Positions 1 to 10,526 are shown, numbered from the stretch's first letter. The stretch is DNA of 64,000 bases from an uncultured Chroococcidiopsis sp. (GCA_964248365.1 CAXTYC010000009.1:1-64000), one strand, 5' to 3'. Translations and numbers: made by a program. The notes: generated from the sequence alone by a model not told the origin.

Positions 1-307
1 AAGACAAGGTGTTTCTCCAACTGGGGAAGCTACTCGAACCGTTTGGGATTAAACGTTATTGTACGGATGGTTGGGGTGCCTATGAACGGCATTTATTAGT
101 AGAGTCACATGAAATAGGTAAACGCAAAACCCAGAGGATTGAGCAAAAACATTTGAGATTGAGAACACGAATCAAGAGATTAATGCGCAAGACAATTTGT
201 TTTTCCAAAACAGAACAGATGCACGATATAGTGATTGGTTTGTTCATTAATCGATCTGAGTTTGGCTTGCCAGTTTAAAAGCTAAGCAACCGATCTATAA
301 CACTACC
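1..307 (+). mobile_element. insB: IS1-family element, 3' end (InsB transposase C-terminus 9..278 plus right terminal inverted repeat)
   Basis: ORF has the InsB motifs CTDGWGAYE and GKRKTQRIEQKHLRLRTRIKRLxRKTICFSK. It is followed by ...CTATAACACTACC (ends 307), whose reverse complement GGTAGTG resembles IS1 ends. Truncated by the window edge. Confidence 0.85.
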
Positions 308-523
308 CTATAAAGAAACAATACTTAACTTTGCGCCTTTGCGCCTTTGCGCGACACTTTGCATAATTTTTGATCGCCTTGCTGATAAGTAAATAGCATT
401 GCTCAGGTGCTATTTATGTTAAAGCAGGGGGTGATTACACAAGAAGCATGGTGGAGTCATTAGTCATTATTATGGGGTTTTCCCAGACAAAATGGAACCA
501 TCGTTTCTTTTCGCAAAAATACT

Positions 524-1246
524 ATGGATGATATCGAGGCGCGTCTACATCAGTTGGTGGTTGAAACTTGTAAGCATAAACTTAACAGTACTGAGCGAAA
601 GCTGGGTTTAACCAAAATCGTTCGGTTAATTGTCAAGTCGGGCAGGCTTTGGAAGGAAAGGACTCCTTATTATGAGGATGCACTGCAACAAACCTGGCTG
701 TATTTCTGTCGCAATCTTTGTGAAGCTGCAACAGGTGATTCGTTTGATCCTAGTCGGAGTAGTGTCACTACTTGGCTGAATGCTTACCTACGGCGACGAC
801 TACAAGATCTTCGTGTCCAAAAGCAGTCTCAACTTAAAGAGACTACTACTGTACCGCTTTGGGCAGTAGATGAATCTAGTAGCGACATGATTGAAGCTTT
901 GTCTGCGCCCCCCGATATTCCTCCGATTCTAGAAACTACAAGGCAGTGGATCGAAGCTGATCAGAATGGGGAGTTACGTCGTACTCACATTCAAGGTCGT
1001 CCAGAAGTCAATTGTCAAGTTTTACTGTTGGAACGTTTGCCTCCAGATACTAGCTGGGAAGTCTTGGCGGCGCGTTTTAATCTTTCAGTTTCGACGTTGA
1101 GCAGTTTCTATCGCCGACAGTGCATTCCACGCTTGCGTAAGTTTGGCGAATCCCAGGGGTATATAGAGGATACCTATCATGAGTTATCTGACAAGAAATA
1201 TAGAAGATCGTTCGTTTCCATTACCAATTACCCAAGCAGCACATAA
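524..1246 (+). CDS. Sigma-70/ECF-like RNA polymerase sigma factor (cyanobacterial, DUF1822-associated type)
   Basis: Region-2-like YYEDALQQTWLYFCRN..SVTTWLNAYLRRRL and region-4 HTH SWEVLAARFNLSVSTLSSFY. Confidence 0.75.
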   Translation: MDDIEARLHQLVVETCKHKLNSTERKLGLTKIVRLIVKSGRLWKERTPYYEDALQQTWLYFCRNLCEAATGDSFDPSRSSVTTWLNAYLRRRLQDLRVQKQSQLKETTTVPLWAVDESSSDMIEALSAPPDIPPILETTRQWIEADQNGELRRTHIQGRPEVNCQVLLLERLPPDTSWEVLAARFNLSVSTLSSFYRRQCIPRLRKFGESQGYIEDTYHELSDKKYRRSFVSITNYPSST

Positions 1247-2138
1247 AATAGCGCGGCGGTTTTCCCAGCAGATGCCGACACCTGAGAAGGCGGAACAAGT
1301 TCGTTTGAATACGCTTGCTGTTTGTGTTGTGAATGACTACTTGCAAATGATGGGTATTCCTACAAATCTAAACAGTGGCGACAGTTGGAATCCTGTTGTT
1401 CGTCTGTTTGGTGATGTGGCTGATTTAGAGGTGGAACAGGTAGGGCGTTTGGAATGTCGTGTGATTAAGGCGGCTGAGTCTACCTGCTATATTCCGCCAG
1501 AATGTGAAGATCGAGTCGGCTATGTGGTTGTGCAGCTAGATGAACTACACCAAGAAGCTACTATATTGGGATTTGCTAAACAGATAGCGGCTGGAAAGTT
1601 ACATATCAATTCTTTGCAACCGTTAGAAGATTTACTCGCTCATTTGAGTCACTTAGCTGCTGCCAAAGCTTTTGACTATGGGAACATAGTAAATTTGGGT
1701 CAATGGTTGCAAAATGTGTTTGAGCAAAGTTGGCAAACAGTGGATTCAGTATTAAATCCACTCACTTTCAGTTTTCGTAAGGCAAATGGTTCTGGCATGG
1801 ATTCTGAGTATACAGATCCTCACGTTAGACGAGCAAAGTTAATTGATTTGGGGATGCAATTAGCTGGACACCAGATAGCTTTGGTGGTGGAACTTAGACC
1901 AGAATCGGAGGATAAATCTGGTATCCTGCTTCAGGTACATCCGGCTGGAAGTCATATATTTTTGCCTCCACTGTTGCAATTGATTGTGCTGGATGAAACG
2001 GGAAACATTTTCCTAGAAGCTAAAGCTAGACGTGCCGATAATTACATTCAATTGCAATTTAGCGGCACAGCAGGAGAAAGGTTTAGCGTTAAAGTAGCTC
2101 TTGGTGAGGTCAGTTTTACAGAAAGTTTTGTAATCTGA
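1179..2138 (+). CDS. DUF1822 family protein
   Basis: Typical motifs QVRLNTLAV..VNDYL, ADLEV..GRLECR, GYVVVQL, VNLGQWL, QVHP, DNYIQLQF, ESFVI. GAGG RBS upstream. Confidence 0.85.
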   Translation: MSYLTRNIEDRSFPLPITQAAHKIARRFSQQMPTPEKAEQVRLNTLAVCVVNDYLQMMGIPTNLNSGDSWNPVVRLFGDVADLEVEQVGRLECRVIKAAESTCYIPPECEDRVGYVVVQLDELHQEATILGFAKQIAAGKLHINSLQPLEDLLAHLSHLAAAKAFDYGNIVNLGQWLQNVFEQSWQTVDSVLNPLTFSFRKANGSGMDSEYTDPHVRRAKLIDLGMQLAGHQIALVVELRPESEDKSGILLQVHPAGSHIFLPPLLQLIVLDETGNIFLEAKARRADNYIQLQFSGTAGERFSVKVALGEVSFTESFVI

Positions 2139-2173
2139 TCGATTTAAATCAACGTGCCTACAGGTAAATTGTC

Positions 2174-4552
2174 GTGGGTAAGTTAGTTGTCTTGAAGTTA
2201 GGGGATGGCAGTTTTGATCTGGGTTTTCCTGTCACGCTCCAAATTGGAGAAGATGGCGATCGCCCTTTTACGGAAATTACTGGTAAACTACCGCCAAACC
2301 CAGAAATTCCCAATTACTACGGCTACTGGCAATCAGCTTATTATCGTCTGGGTTTACGTACTCGACTCGAAGCCGCAGCTGTCCAAGTTACTAATGTTTC
2401 TGTAATGGATGACTGCTACAACGCCGCTGCGATGTTGTGCCAAAGTCTGAATGCGTGGCTCAACAGGGATTCATTTCGCCCAATTAGAGAAAAATTACTA
2501 GAAAAATTAATGCCCTCAGATGCCGTGCGGGTAATTCTGCAAACCGAAGATACCCTGTTGCAGCGTCTACCCTGGCATCTTTGTAATTTATTCTCCCGCT
2601 ATCCCAAAGCAGAAATTGCTGTCAGTGCGCCTGCCTACGATCAATCAGAAAAAGCATCTCCCCAAAGAAATAAAATCAGAATTTTAGCGATTTTGGGTAG
2701 TAGTGTTGGCATAGATATCCAAGCAGATCGAGTTTTATTAGAATCCCTACCTGACGCAGAAATCAGCTTTCTGGTAGAGCCGTCACGACAAGAGCTAGAT
2801 AGTCAGCTATGGGCGCTACAGGGATGGGATATTCTGTTTTTCGCTGGGCATAGTGCTAGCGGGGAAAATTGTGAAATTGGACAAATTTATCTCAATCAAA
2901 CTGAGAGTTTAACGATCGCTGATTTAAAAAATGCTTTACAATCCGCTGTTGAAAAAGGCTTAAAGTTAGCGATTTTTAACTCTTGTGATGGATTGGGATT
3001 AGCGCGATCGCTCTTTAGTTTACAAATTCCCCAAATTGTGCTAATGCGGGAACCTGTACCGGACAGAGTAGCCCAAGAATTTTTAAAGAATTTTCTGCAA
3101 GCCTTTTCAGGGGGAAAGTCTTTATATCTATCTGTGCGAGAAGCGCGAGAAAGACTACAGGGATGGGAAAATGAATTTCCTTGTGCTAGCTGGCTACCTG
3201 TAATTTATCAGAATCCCGCCGAAGTGCCACCGACTTGGCATTCTTGGGTTAACCGCCGCCCAAAAAATAAGCGTAGTCTGAGCCGTATACTACTTTCAAG
3301 TGCAGTTGTCACAGCTTGTGTAATGGGAATAAGATTCCTGGGAATGCTCCAGCCAACGGAATTGCAGGCTTACGATCACCTGATGCGACTACGACCACAA
3401 GAAAAACCTGATTCGCGTCTGTTGGTGGTAACAGTAAATGAAAAAGACTTTGCGCTACCAGAGCAAAAGGACAGAAAAGGATCGCTAGCAGATCTTGCCC
3501 TAGAACGACTTTTGCACAAACTCGATAAATTTAAACCACGCGCCATTGGTTTAGATATTTATCGTGATTTTCCAGTTGAAGATAATAAGGCATTAGCTAC
3601 TGATTTAAAACAAAACCAGAGTCTATATGCTGTATGCAAAGTAAGCGATCCAGAATTTGATCCCGATGGCGTTCAGCCACCGCCAGAAGTTTTACCAGAG
3701 CGCTTGGGCTTTAGTGATGTGTTAGATGATGGCGATAACAATATGATCCGTCGCCAGTACATACATTTAGATCCGCCCCTGACATCTCGCTGTAGCGCCA
3801 AATATGCTTTCAGCTTCAAGCTAGCACGTCATTATCTACATACAGAAAATATTGAGCCAAAAGTTACGCCACAAGGGTATTTACAGTTCGGCAACGTTAT
3901 TTTGAACCACTTACAAGCTCACGCTGGTGCTTATCAAACATTGGATACTAGTAGGGGTTATCAACTAATGCTCAATTACCGCCCCTTCCAGTCCCTGGAT
4001 GACATTGCGCCGCAAGTTACTTTACAACAAATCCTCCTCGATCAAATTCCTCCAGAGAGAGTGAAGGATTTGCAAGGGCGTATTGTCTTGATTGGTCCTA
4101 CTGCCCAAAGTTTTGGTGATTATTGGTCTACACCCTACAACATTGGTCAGCAGTCTGTAAACAAGCAAATACCAGGAGTATTTCTGCAAGCACAAATGAT
4201 CAGTCAGATCCTGAGTGCGGTTTTGGATGGGCGACCATTAATTTGGGTTTTACCTGTGTGGGGAGAAGCTCTGTGGATCTGGGGTTGGTCTATTGTGGGG
4301 GGCTTACTTGTTTGGCGCTTACAATCCCCACGAAAGCAAGGAACAGCTGTTAGTGCTGCACTGGTAATTTTATACGGTGTTTGTTTCGGTATGTTAACAA
4401 AAGGCGTTTGGCTGCCTTTTGTACCATCAGCACTGGCTTTGGTAGCTACAAGCGGGGTTGTGGTCGTTTATGTGCGTTCTAAATCTATTGTGCCACAAAG
4501 GAATTTACCATTTGTTCCATCTATCGCCGCTTCAAATCATCAACTGAAATGA
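2174..4552 (+). CDS. CHAT (caspase-like) domain + TM + CHASE2 sensor + 3 TM membrane protein
   Basis: CHAT dyad motifs FFAGHS and IFNSCDG, plus LPW. CHASE2 motifs AYDHLMRLRP..DSRLLVV, AIGLDIYRD, GFSDV, IVLIG, PGVFLQAQM. Three C-terminal hydrophobic helices. Confidence 0.9.
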   Translation: MGKLVVLKLGDGSFDLGFPVTLQIGEDGDRPFTEITGKLPPNPEIPNYYGYWQSAYYRLGLRTRLEAAAVQVTNVSVMDDCYNAAAMLCQSLNAWLNRDSFRPIREKLLEKLMPSDAVRVILQTEDTLLQRLPWHLCNLFSRYPKAEIAVSAPAYDQSEKASPQRNKIRILAILGSSVGIDIQADRVLLESLPDAEISFLVEPSRQELDSQLWALQGWDILFFAGHSASGENCEIGQIYLNQTESLTIADLKNALQSAVEKGLKLAIFNSCDGLGLARSLFSLQIPQIVLMREPVPDRVAQEFLKNFLQAFSGGKSLYLSVREARERLQGWENEFPCASWLPVIYQNPAEVPPTWHSWVNRRPKNKRSLSRILLSSAVVTACVMGIRFLGMLQPTELQAYDHLMRLRPQEKPDSRLLVVTVNEKDFALPEQKDRKGSLADLALERLLHKLDKFKPRAIGLDIYRDFPVEDNKALATDLKQNQSLYAVCKVSDPEFDPDGVQPPPEVLPERLGFSDVLDDGDNNMIRRQYIHLDPPLTSRCSAKYAFSFKLARHYLHTENIEPKVTPQGYLQFGNVILNHLQAHAGAYQTLDTSRGYQLMLNYRPFQSLDDIAPQVTLQQILLDQIPPERVKDLQGRIVLIGPTAQSFGDYWSTPYNIGQQSVNKQIPGVFLQAQMISQILSAVLDGRPLIWVLPVWGEALWIWGWSIVGGLLVWRLQSPRKQGTAVSAALVILYGVCFGMLTKGVWLPFVPSALALVATSGVVVVYVRSKSIVPQRNLPFVPSIAASNHQLK

Positions 4553-4560
4553 GGTTGTTT

Positions 4561-5364
4561 ATGTTTAAAATTCGACACATTTATGCTATTACTTTAGTAC
4601 TTCTAAGCTGCACGAGTTACGCCATACCAGTAGGGGCACAGGGCGCGATCGCACCGAGCAATAATCAAGATAGCCAGTTGCGTTTAGCCGATCCACCTTT
4701 ACCGCCATCAGGTACACCAATAGGACGACGCAGAGGAGCGGCAGGTCGTGGTAATTGTACTGTTAATCTACCTCTGACGGCTCTAGTGCCTGCGATTGAA
4801 AAACCTGTGGGTGGTGGAAAAGCTACATATGTTTGGGGTAAAACGATCGCCACTCATCCCACATTCTGGTTTTATGTGCCAGATTCAAACACTTCCTTGC
4901 GCGAGGTAGAGTTTGTGCTGCAAGATGAGCGAGATAATGATGTCTGGCGTAGCCCTGTCAGTCTACCCCAAAAGCCTGGTGTGATTAGCGTCAGTTTGCC
5001 ATCAACCTTAACACCTCTAAATATCAACCAAAATTATCATTGGTTCCTCAAAACTAAAATTGCCGCAAGTTGCGATCGTCAGCAACCAGTTATTGCTAAA
5101 GATGGTGTTGAAGGATGGGTGCAACGGGTGTCCCTTACTCCTACCCTTGCAAGTCAACTAAAAACAGCACCAACGGAGAAACAGATAAGGCTCTATGCCC
5201 AAGATGGCTTGTGGTACGATGCTCTAACTAGTTTGGCTGAACTTCGCCGAATGAACCCACAGGACGGAACACTCAAGGCAGATTGGCAACAATTGTTGCA
5301 ATCTGTTGGCTTAGGTGAAATTGCCTCTATGTCTCTTGTAGAGTGCTGTACACCTGCACAGTGA
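4561..5364 (+). CDS. DUF928 domain exported protein
   Basis: Signal peptide; RRGAAGRGNC, LTALVP, PTFWFYVP, GWVQRV, YAQDGLWYDAL, WQQLLQSVGL. An alternative ATG at 4549 overlaps the upstream stop. Confidence 0.9.
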   Translation: MFKIRHIYAITLVLLSCTSYAIPVGAQGAIAPSNNQDSQLRLADPPLPPSGTPIGRRRGAAGRGNCTVNLPLTALVPAIEKPVGGGKATYVWGKTIATHPTFWFYVPDSNTSLREVEFVLQDERDNDVWRSPVSLPQKPGVISVSLPSTLTPLNINQNYHWFLKTKIAASCDRQQPVIAKDGVEGWVQRVSLTPTLASQLKTAPTEKQIRLYAQDGLWYDALTSLAELRRMNPQDGTLKADWQQLLQSVGLGEIASMSLVECCTPAQ

Positions 5365-5536
5365 GGGGCGCTCGTGCGCTCGTGCGAGAGGCGGTTAGGC
5401 TAGAGGCTAGAGGCGCGCATGAGGATGAGGGGATGGGATTGTGAGGTGATAGGGGGAATTTCTCCTCATCTCCTCATCTCCCCCTGTCCCCCTCTCCCAC
5501 TAGCCCCTAGCCCCTAGCCCCTAGCCCCTAATTAAG

Positions 5537-8437
5537 TCATAGCCAATTACCCACTAGAACGTAAGGAGCCCAATAACTAGGACGGCTGTAATTAGGATAA
5601 TTTTTCATGAGAGTTAGCTGAGCCTGACGCAGGGCTTCGGCTTTATTTACCCCTGTTTTAGCTAATTCTTTATAGAATTCTCCGATAAAGATGGCAGTAG
5701 CCTCATCATCGATTTGCCATAGAGATGCTAGGGTACTGCGCGCTCCAGCCCTTACTGCTACCCCAGCTAATCCCAAAGCAGCTCGTTTATCTCCAGTTGC
5801 TGTCTCGCAAGCACTCAGAACTAGTAATTCAATCGCTTCAGGGGAACGTTGATTTCTAGTCCGCAGTAAATTATCGAAATCTTTCACATTAATTGGACCA
5901 TCTGAGGCAAGAATAAATGTATTTTGGGCAGAGGAACTAAATTGACCGTGAGTAGCTAGATGTACGACGTTGAAAGTAGATGAGTCGATTTTTGTTTCTA
6001 GACTCTTGCTAGTAAATTGCTTGTCCAGCAGTTCACTACTTGATACTCCTGCTTGCTGAATTAAATTGAGTTCAGACTTGACTGCGGGTAGGGGCGGATA
6101 AGGATAGTTAGCGGGTGGAATACTTAGCCCAGCCGTCAAAGCCCTTAACTGTCCTGGGGGCAAAGGTTTGGGGTTGACAAGTTGTAAACCAGGACTTAAA
6201 GCTACAGCGTACTTCTCTACTAAATACTGTTTGCCGTCATAAAGGGCAGACATGGGGATATTGCGCAAAGCACCATCGGGTACAAACACTAGGGTTTTGA
6301 TTCCACTGCTTGCCAATGCTGTCTGGGCAGGCTCGATCAGCCAATTGTATACTTGTTGAGATAAAGTTCTAACATTTTTAATTCGGTCAGGTTCGGTGAG
6401 ATTTTCCCGCAGTTGCTCTAGGGTTTGTTCTACTTGGCTTTGTGATACTTGAACTGTGTAATGGCGTAATGGCTGCTTGGGAAGCTTGAGAATCACCTCT
6501 AAGCGATCGCGCAATATAATCGGATAAACAACTGCTGCGGTTGGATTATCTCGCTCAACTACCTTGTCAATTAACACTGTTTGTGCTTCTAAACAAGCTT
6601 CTCGAAAGAAGTTATCTAGTTCGGCTAACTGGAGAGATTCGATTGTCTGACGCGCTTGAGCAAGGTTTTGCTGACTCGGTTGATTGGCAGATTCACGCAA
6701 AAGTAAATCAACTAACTCTCGATATACAGGTTCTACCTCATCCCGAAAGTTAAACTGAATTTCTGGATTGATGGCAACTAAATCGCTACGTAAAGACTTC
6801 AAGGTTTTGACTGCTTGGGTGTAAGTGGCGATCGCTCCTTTTGTATCTCCTTGTGCTTTCAATAAGCGTCCTAATTGCCACTGCCAGCGATAGGCTATAT
6901 CCGGCGCATTTGCAGACTGTGCCAGCACTAAAGCTTGCTGTGTTAATTCTTTAGCACTTGACAATTGCCCATTTTGTTCGTATAACCTACCCAAATTACC
7001 CAGCGCATAAGCGGATGCTCGCTGATCTCCCAAACTTCTAGCTTGTTTGACAGCCGTAGCCAGTAACTGGGCAATATATAAGGAGCTAGAAGAGGAGGGG
7101 CTAGAGGCTAGGGGCTGGAGGCTAGGGTAATTTTGCGGAAAGTTGGCGGTGTCGGTTTCCGTCCCGCCAAACTTTCCAAGACGGATTTTAGATTTTGGAT
7201 TTTGGATTAGAATTTCTCCTGTGCTCCTGTGCTCCTCTGCTCCTGTGCCCCCCTGCCCCTCTCTCCCCCCAATCCCCATCCCCGAAGGGGATGGGTACCC
7301 CGATTCCCCCCTGCTCCCCTGCTCCCCCTGCTCTCTTCTAGCCTCTAGTTCCATCAAGCTTTGGGCAAAGTCAATGTAGGCATAGACTGTTTTACTACTT
7401 GGTGGTAAGTTTGTCAGAGCGGATTGAATTTCACCAATCAACGCCGTCGCCCCATTCACTTGCTCAGTATCTAGTAAAAGGCTCAGTTGATTTAGTTGTG
7501 CCTGAAGTTTTGTAATTTGAGATGGGGAAATGGTTGCAGCCTGTTGATAGAAGATGAGCGCTGCTTTGTTATTTTGCTGCGATCGCGCTGTATTACCTAA
7601 GCTGAACACAGTAGCACCAATATCTTGAGGTGATTGCAGTTTTTGGGCGATCGCTAAGCTTTGTTGCAATGTATACCGCGACTGTTCCCCTTCACCAACT
7701 ACTCGCAGCGCATTGCCCAGATTGCGTAGAAAAGCAGCTTTAAGCAGCGAGTCGGGTTGTTTTTGGAGAGTTTGTTTTACCTGGGATAAGGTTTTCAAAG
7801 CACGGCGATAAAGCCCTAACGCTTGCATAGCTTGCGCTTGATTAATTTCGCTACGGATAACTCCAGTACGTGAGCCTACTTGAGCATAAGTAGCCGTAGC
7901 TTTTTGCCATGTGTCTAAAGCGGATTGGGCTTGTCCTAATGCTAACTGCAAGCTCCCTTGAGTATTCAAAGCCTGAGCCAGCACCTCTAAATTTTGGTTT
8001 TTAGATTTTGGATAAGAGATGGGGATTTCTCCCTCAGCTCCCTCAGCTCTCTTCTCCCCAGAATATCCCAGTAAATTGAGACTCGATGCGATCGCACTAT
8101 GAGCCTTGTTCCACTGTCCAAGTTGCTGATAAGCTAACGACAGATTGCTCAATACCATTGCCTGGCTGGGTACATCTTTTCTTGCCAGGTAAGCTTTTGT
8201 TGCTTGTTGCCAAACTTGTATTGCTTGAGAGAACTTTTCTGCTTCATATAGTTCTCTGCCTTGCTGCACCAGGAGAGAAGCATCTAGCTGGGGAGCGCTC
8301 GTACTTCCTTTTCGTTCCCAGTCTCTGGCTGGAAACGAAGGCTGCTTTGAGAAAGCTACCTTCGAGCTATATAATCCTATGCTGAAAAATAAAATTAGAA
8401 AACTAATTCCAGCTTTTGATATTAAATTCAGTTGCAT
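5537..8437 (-). CDS. Exported TPR-CHAT domain protease-like protein
   Basis: Signal-like N-terminus from Met at 8437, multiple TPRs, CHAT motifs HLATHGQF, LVLSACETA and YWAPYVLVGNW. Contains repeat-derived in-frame insertions. Confidence 0.9.
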   Translation of the reverse strand: MQLNLISKAGISFLILFFSIGLYSSKVAFSKQPSFPARDWERKGSTSAPQLDASLLVQQGRELYEAEKFSQAIQVWQQATKAYLARKDVPSQAMVLSNLSLAYQQLGQWNKAHSAIASSLNLLGYSGEKRAEGAEGEIPISYPKSKNQNLEVLAQALNTQGSLQLALGQAQSALDTWQKATATYAQVGSRTGVIRSEINQAQAMQALGLYRRALKTLSQVKQTLQKQPDSLLKAAFLRNLGNALRVVGEGEQSRYTLQQSLAIAQKLQSPQDIGATVFSLGNTARSQQNNKAALIFYQQAATISPSQITKLQAQLNQLSLLLDTEQVNGATALIGEIQSALTNLPPSSKTVYAYIDFAQSLMELEARREQGEQGSRGESGYPSPSGMGIGGREGQGGTGAEEHRSTGEILIQNPKSKIRLGKFGGTETDTANFPQNYPSLQPLASSPSSSSSLYIAQLLATAVKQARSLGDQRASAYALGNLGRLYEQNGQLSSAKELTQQALVLAQSANAPDIAYRWQWQLGRLLKAQGDTKGAIATYTQAVKTLKSLRSDLVAINPEIQFNFRDEVEPVYRELVDLLLRESANQPSQQNLAQARQTIESLQLAELDNFFREACLEAQTVLIDKVVERDNPTAAVVYPIILRDRLEVILKLPKQPLRHYTVQVSQSQVEQTLEQLRENLTEPDRIKNVRTLSQQVYNWLIEPAQTALASSGIKTLVFVPDGALRNIPMSALYDGKQYLVEKYAVALSPGLQLVNPKPLPPGQLRALTAGLSIPPANYPYPPLPAVKSELNLIQQAGVSSSELLDKQFTSKSLETKIDSSTFNVVHLATHGQFSSSAQNTFILASDGPINVKDFDNLLRTRNQRSPEAIELLVLSACETATGDKRAALGLAGVAVRAGARSTLASLWQIDDEATAIFIGEFYKELAKTGVNKAEALRQAQLTLMKNYPNYSRPSYWAPYVLVGNWL

Positions 8438-8543
8438 ATTTATTAACCCTACCAATAAAAGGGCGGGTTGAACTATAGCGATTGTAGTTGAATAAATTAC
8501 AAACTTGGCAAGCACTCAAGTGAGGATTGATAATTGATAATTG

Positions 8544-10355
8544 TTAGAAGGGGTTATATTGTATCGAAAAGTAAAGCCCTTTTTCTTGCAATGTTCTTTC
8601 CCTTTGGGAAATATCAATCAAAGGAATGCCCCAATCAAAGCGGGCGGTGAGGCGATCGCCCATTTCTAAGCGCAAGCCAATTCCTACAGAGGCAAGAGTA
8701 TTAGAGTTTAAGGAGTTTAAGGAGTTATTGTTAGAATTTCTTCTTCCTGAACTAGCCCAGGTAGTGCCAAAGTCAACAAACGGAGTTAACTGTAAAGTCA
8801 ATTGCTGCTCCCGACTACGATATATTGGTAAGCGCACTTCTGCTGAACCAAAAGCACCATTATCTGCTAACAGAGCATCCTGGCGATAACCCCTCACACT
8901 TTCAATCCCACCCAGTCCAAACTGTTCTAGAGGTACGAGCGCCCTGTCTGCTAATTGCACATTAGTGCGGAGTAATAGCAAAGTTTCTGGAGCCAAAAGC
9001 CGTACCCACTGTGCTTGTCCCTGCCAAAGTAAAAAGCGGCTGTCTGGGTTGTTAGAGTTGATTGTAGCGTCAAATGCACCAACTCCCAAACCGAATTGAG
9101 ACCGAGCTGCAATCACTTCACGATTATTACGCTTTGTCCATTCTTGAAAGAATTCTATTGCTGATATACGAGTGCGTCCCTCTTTATCAGCTCCTGGGGA
9201 AAGAAGGGAAATTGGATAGTTAAAGCTTTCTAGAACATCAGAAGAAATCTTACTTTGTCTGCGAGCAGCGGTTATACCAAGGGCAAATTCTTCATTTGGG
9301 GTTTGCACCACTGGCTGACGTAGTGTTAGTTCGTAGTACTGCGAATTACCAATAATATCTAAAGAGTTAAAGGGTTCTTCAATTACATTACTGTCGTTGA
9401 AACCAGCGTTAAAGCTTATGGTTCCATTGCTCGAATTAATTGGTAATGTGTAGCTGCCATCTACGCCATTGCTGCCATCAGTGTTACTATAGGCTATGCT
9501 CAGACCGTCACCAAGACCGAGTAGATTAGCTTCATTGATTTGAGCGCGGCGACGGAACGAGCCAACACTAGGCGATCGCCCGTTATCTGCTATGATTTGA
9601 GAATTGAAAGTCTTTGCCTCTTGTACTCTGATATCTAGCACATTCGTTCCCAACCGCGATCCGGCGGAAAGTTCGGCAGAGATGCTTTTAATCAAGGGGT
9701 TGAGTTGTAGAAGTTGCAAAGCTTCTAACAGGCGCTTTTGGTTTAGCGGTTTTGATGAAGGTAGGCGATCGCGCACATAATTAGGATTCAACCGCCGCGT
9801 ACCAGTCACATTGATTGCTTCCAAACTTCCTTCAACTACCTGAATTTTGACTACGCCGTTTTGAATTGCTTGGGGTGGGATTATAGCGCCAGAGGTAATG
9901 TAACCTTTGTCTATGTAAAGCTGGGTAAGGGCGCTACGAGCAAGCAAAAGATCGGTAAAAGAGAGCGATCGGTTAGTGAACCGAGCAAGTACCTTGTCTA
10001 ACTCTTGCTGGCTAAATACAGTATTGCCAATTACCTCAAACCTTTTAACTCTAATTTTTGCCCCAGTACCAGGAACAGGTGCAGGAGTTGAGGGTGTAGG
10101 TGAGGGAGGCTGTAATAAATCGGATGGAGGTGGGAGAGGTTCAGGTTTTGGGAAGGAGGGGGGAAGTTGCTCAGCAGGCGGTATGACATCCTGCGGCGAA
10201 GGTGGGGATGGTAGCTGTTTTGAGGGTACAGGGTTGGGAACTTGAGCTAAGTCAATTGTCTGTGCTGCCAAACAACCGACCATCATAACTTTAAAAAATA
10301 TAAAACTGATTCCCCCTTTAGTTACCAGTTCGCGCAGGGAAGTCATAAAATCCAT
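8544..10355 (-). CDS. ShlB/FhaC/HecB (TpsB) two-partner secretion outer-membrane transporter
   Basis: POTRA segment (YIDKGYITS), DNGRSPSVG, VRGYRQD barrel motif, C-terminal aromatic residue. Confidence 0.92.
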   Translation of the reverse strand: MDFMTSLRELVTKGGISFIFFKVMMVGCLAAQTIDLAQVPNPVPSKQLPSPPSPQDVIPPAEQLPPSFPKPEPLPPPSDLLQPPSPTPSTPAPVPGTGAKIRVKRFEVIGNTVFSQQELDKVLARFTNRSLSFTDLLLARSALTQLYIDKGYITSGAIIPPQAIQNGVVKIQVVEGSLEAINVTGTRRLNPNYVRDRLPSSKPLNQKRLLEALQLLQLNPLIKSISAELSAGSRLGTNVLDIRVQEAKTFNSQIIADNGRSPSVGSFRRRAQINEANLLGLGDGLSIAYSNTDGSNGVDGSYTLPINSSNGTISFNAGFNDSNVIEEPFNSLDIIGNSQYYELTLRQPVVQTPNEEFALGITAARRQSKISSDVLESFNYPISLLSPGADKEGRTRISAIEFFQEWTKRNNREVIAARSQFGLGVGAFDATINSNNPDSRFLLWQGQAQWVRLLAPETLLLLRTNVQLADRALVPLEQFGLGGIESVRGYRQDALLADNGAFGSAEVRLPIYRSREQQLTLQLTPFVDFGTTWASSGRRNSNNNSLNSLNSNTLASVGIGLRLEMGDRLTARFDWGIPLIDISQRERTLQEKGLYFSIQYNPF

Positions 10356-10526
10356 ACCAATATTAGTTCTCCTCTAATTAAGGGGGGATCTGGGCAGTGA
10401 AATTTTAATTAGTTTAGTTGCGTGTACGTACACAAAACACAATCAAATTTAGTAAACAGATCACCCCTTTTATCCCCCCCTTTAAAAAGGGGGGTTAGGG
10501 GGGATATAAAGCAGCTTGGGAAAACT

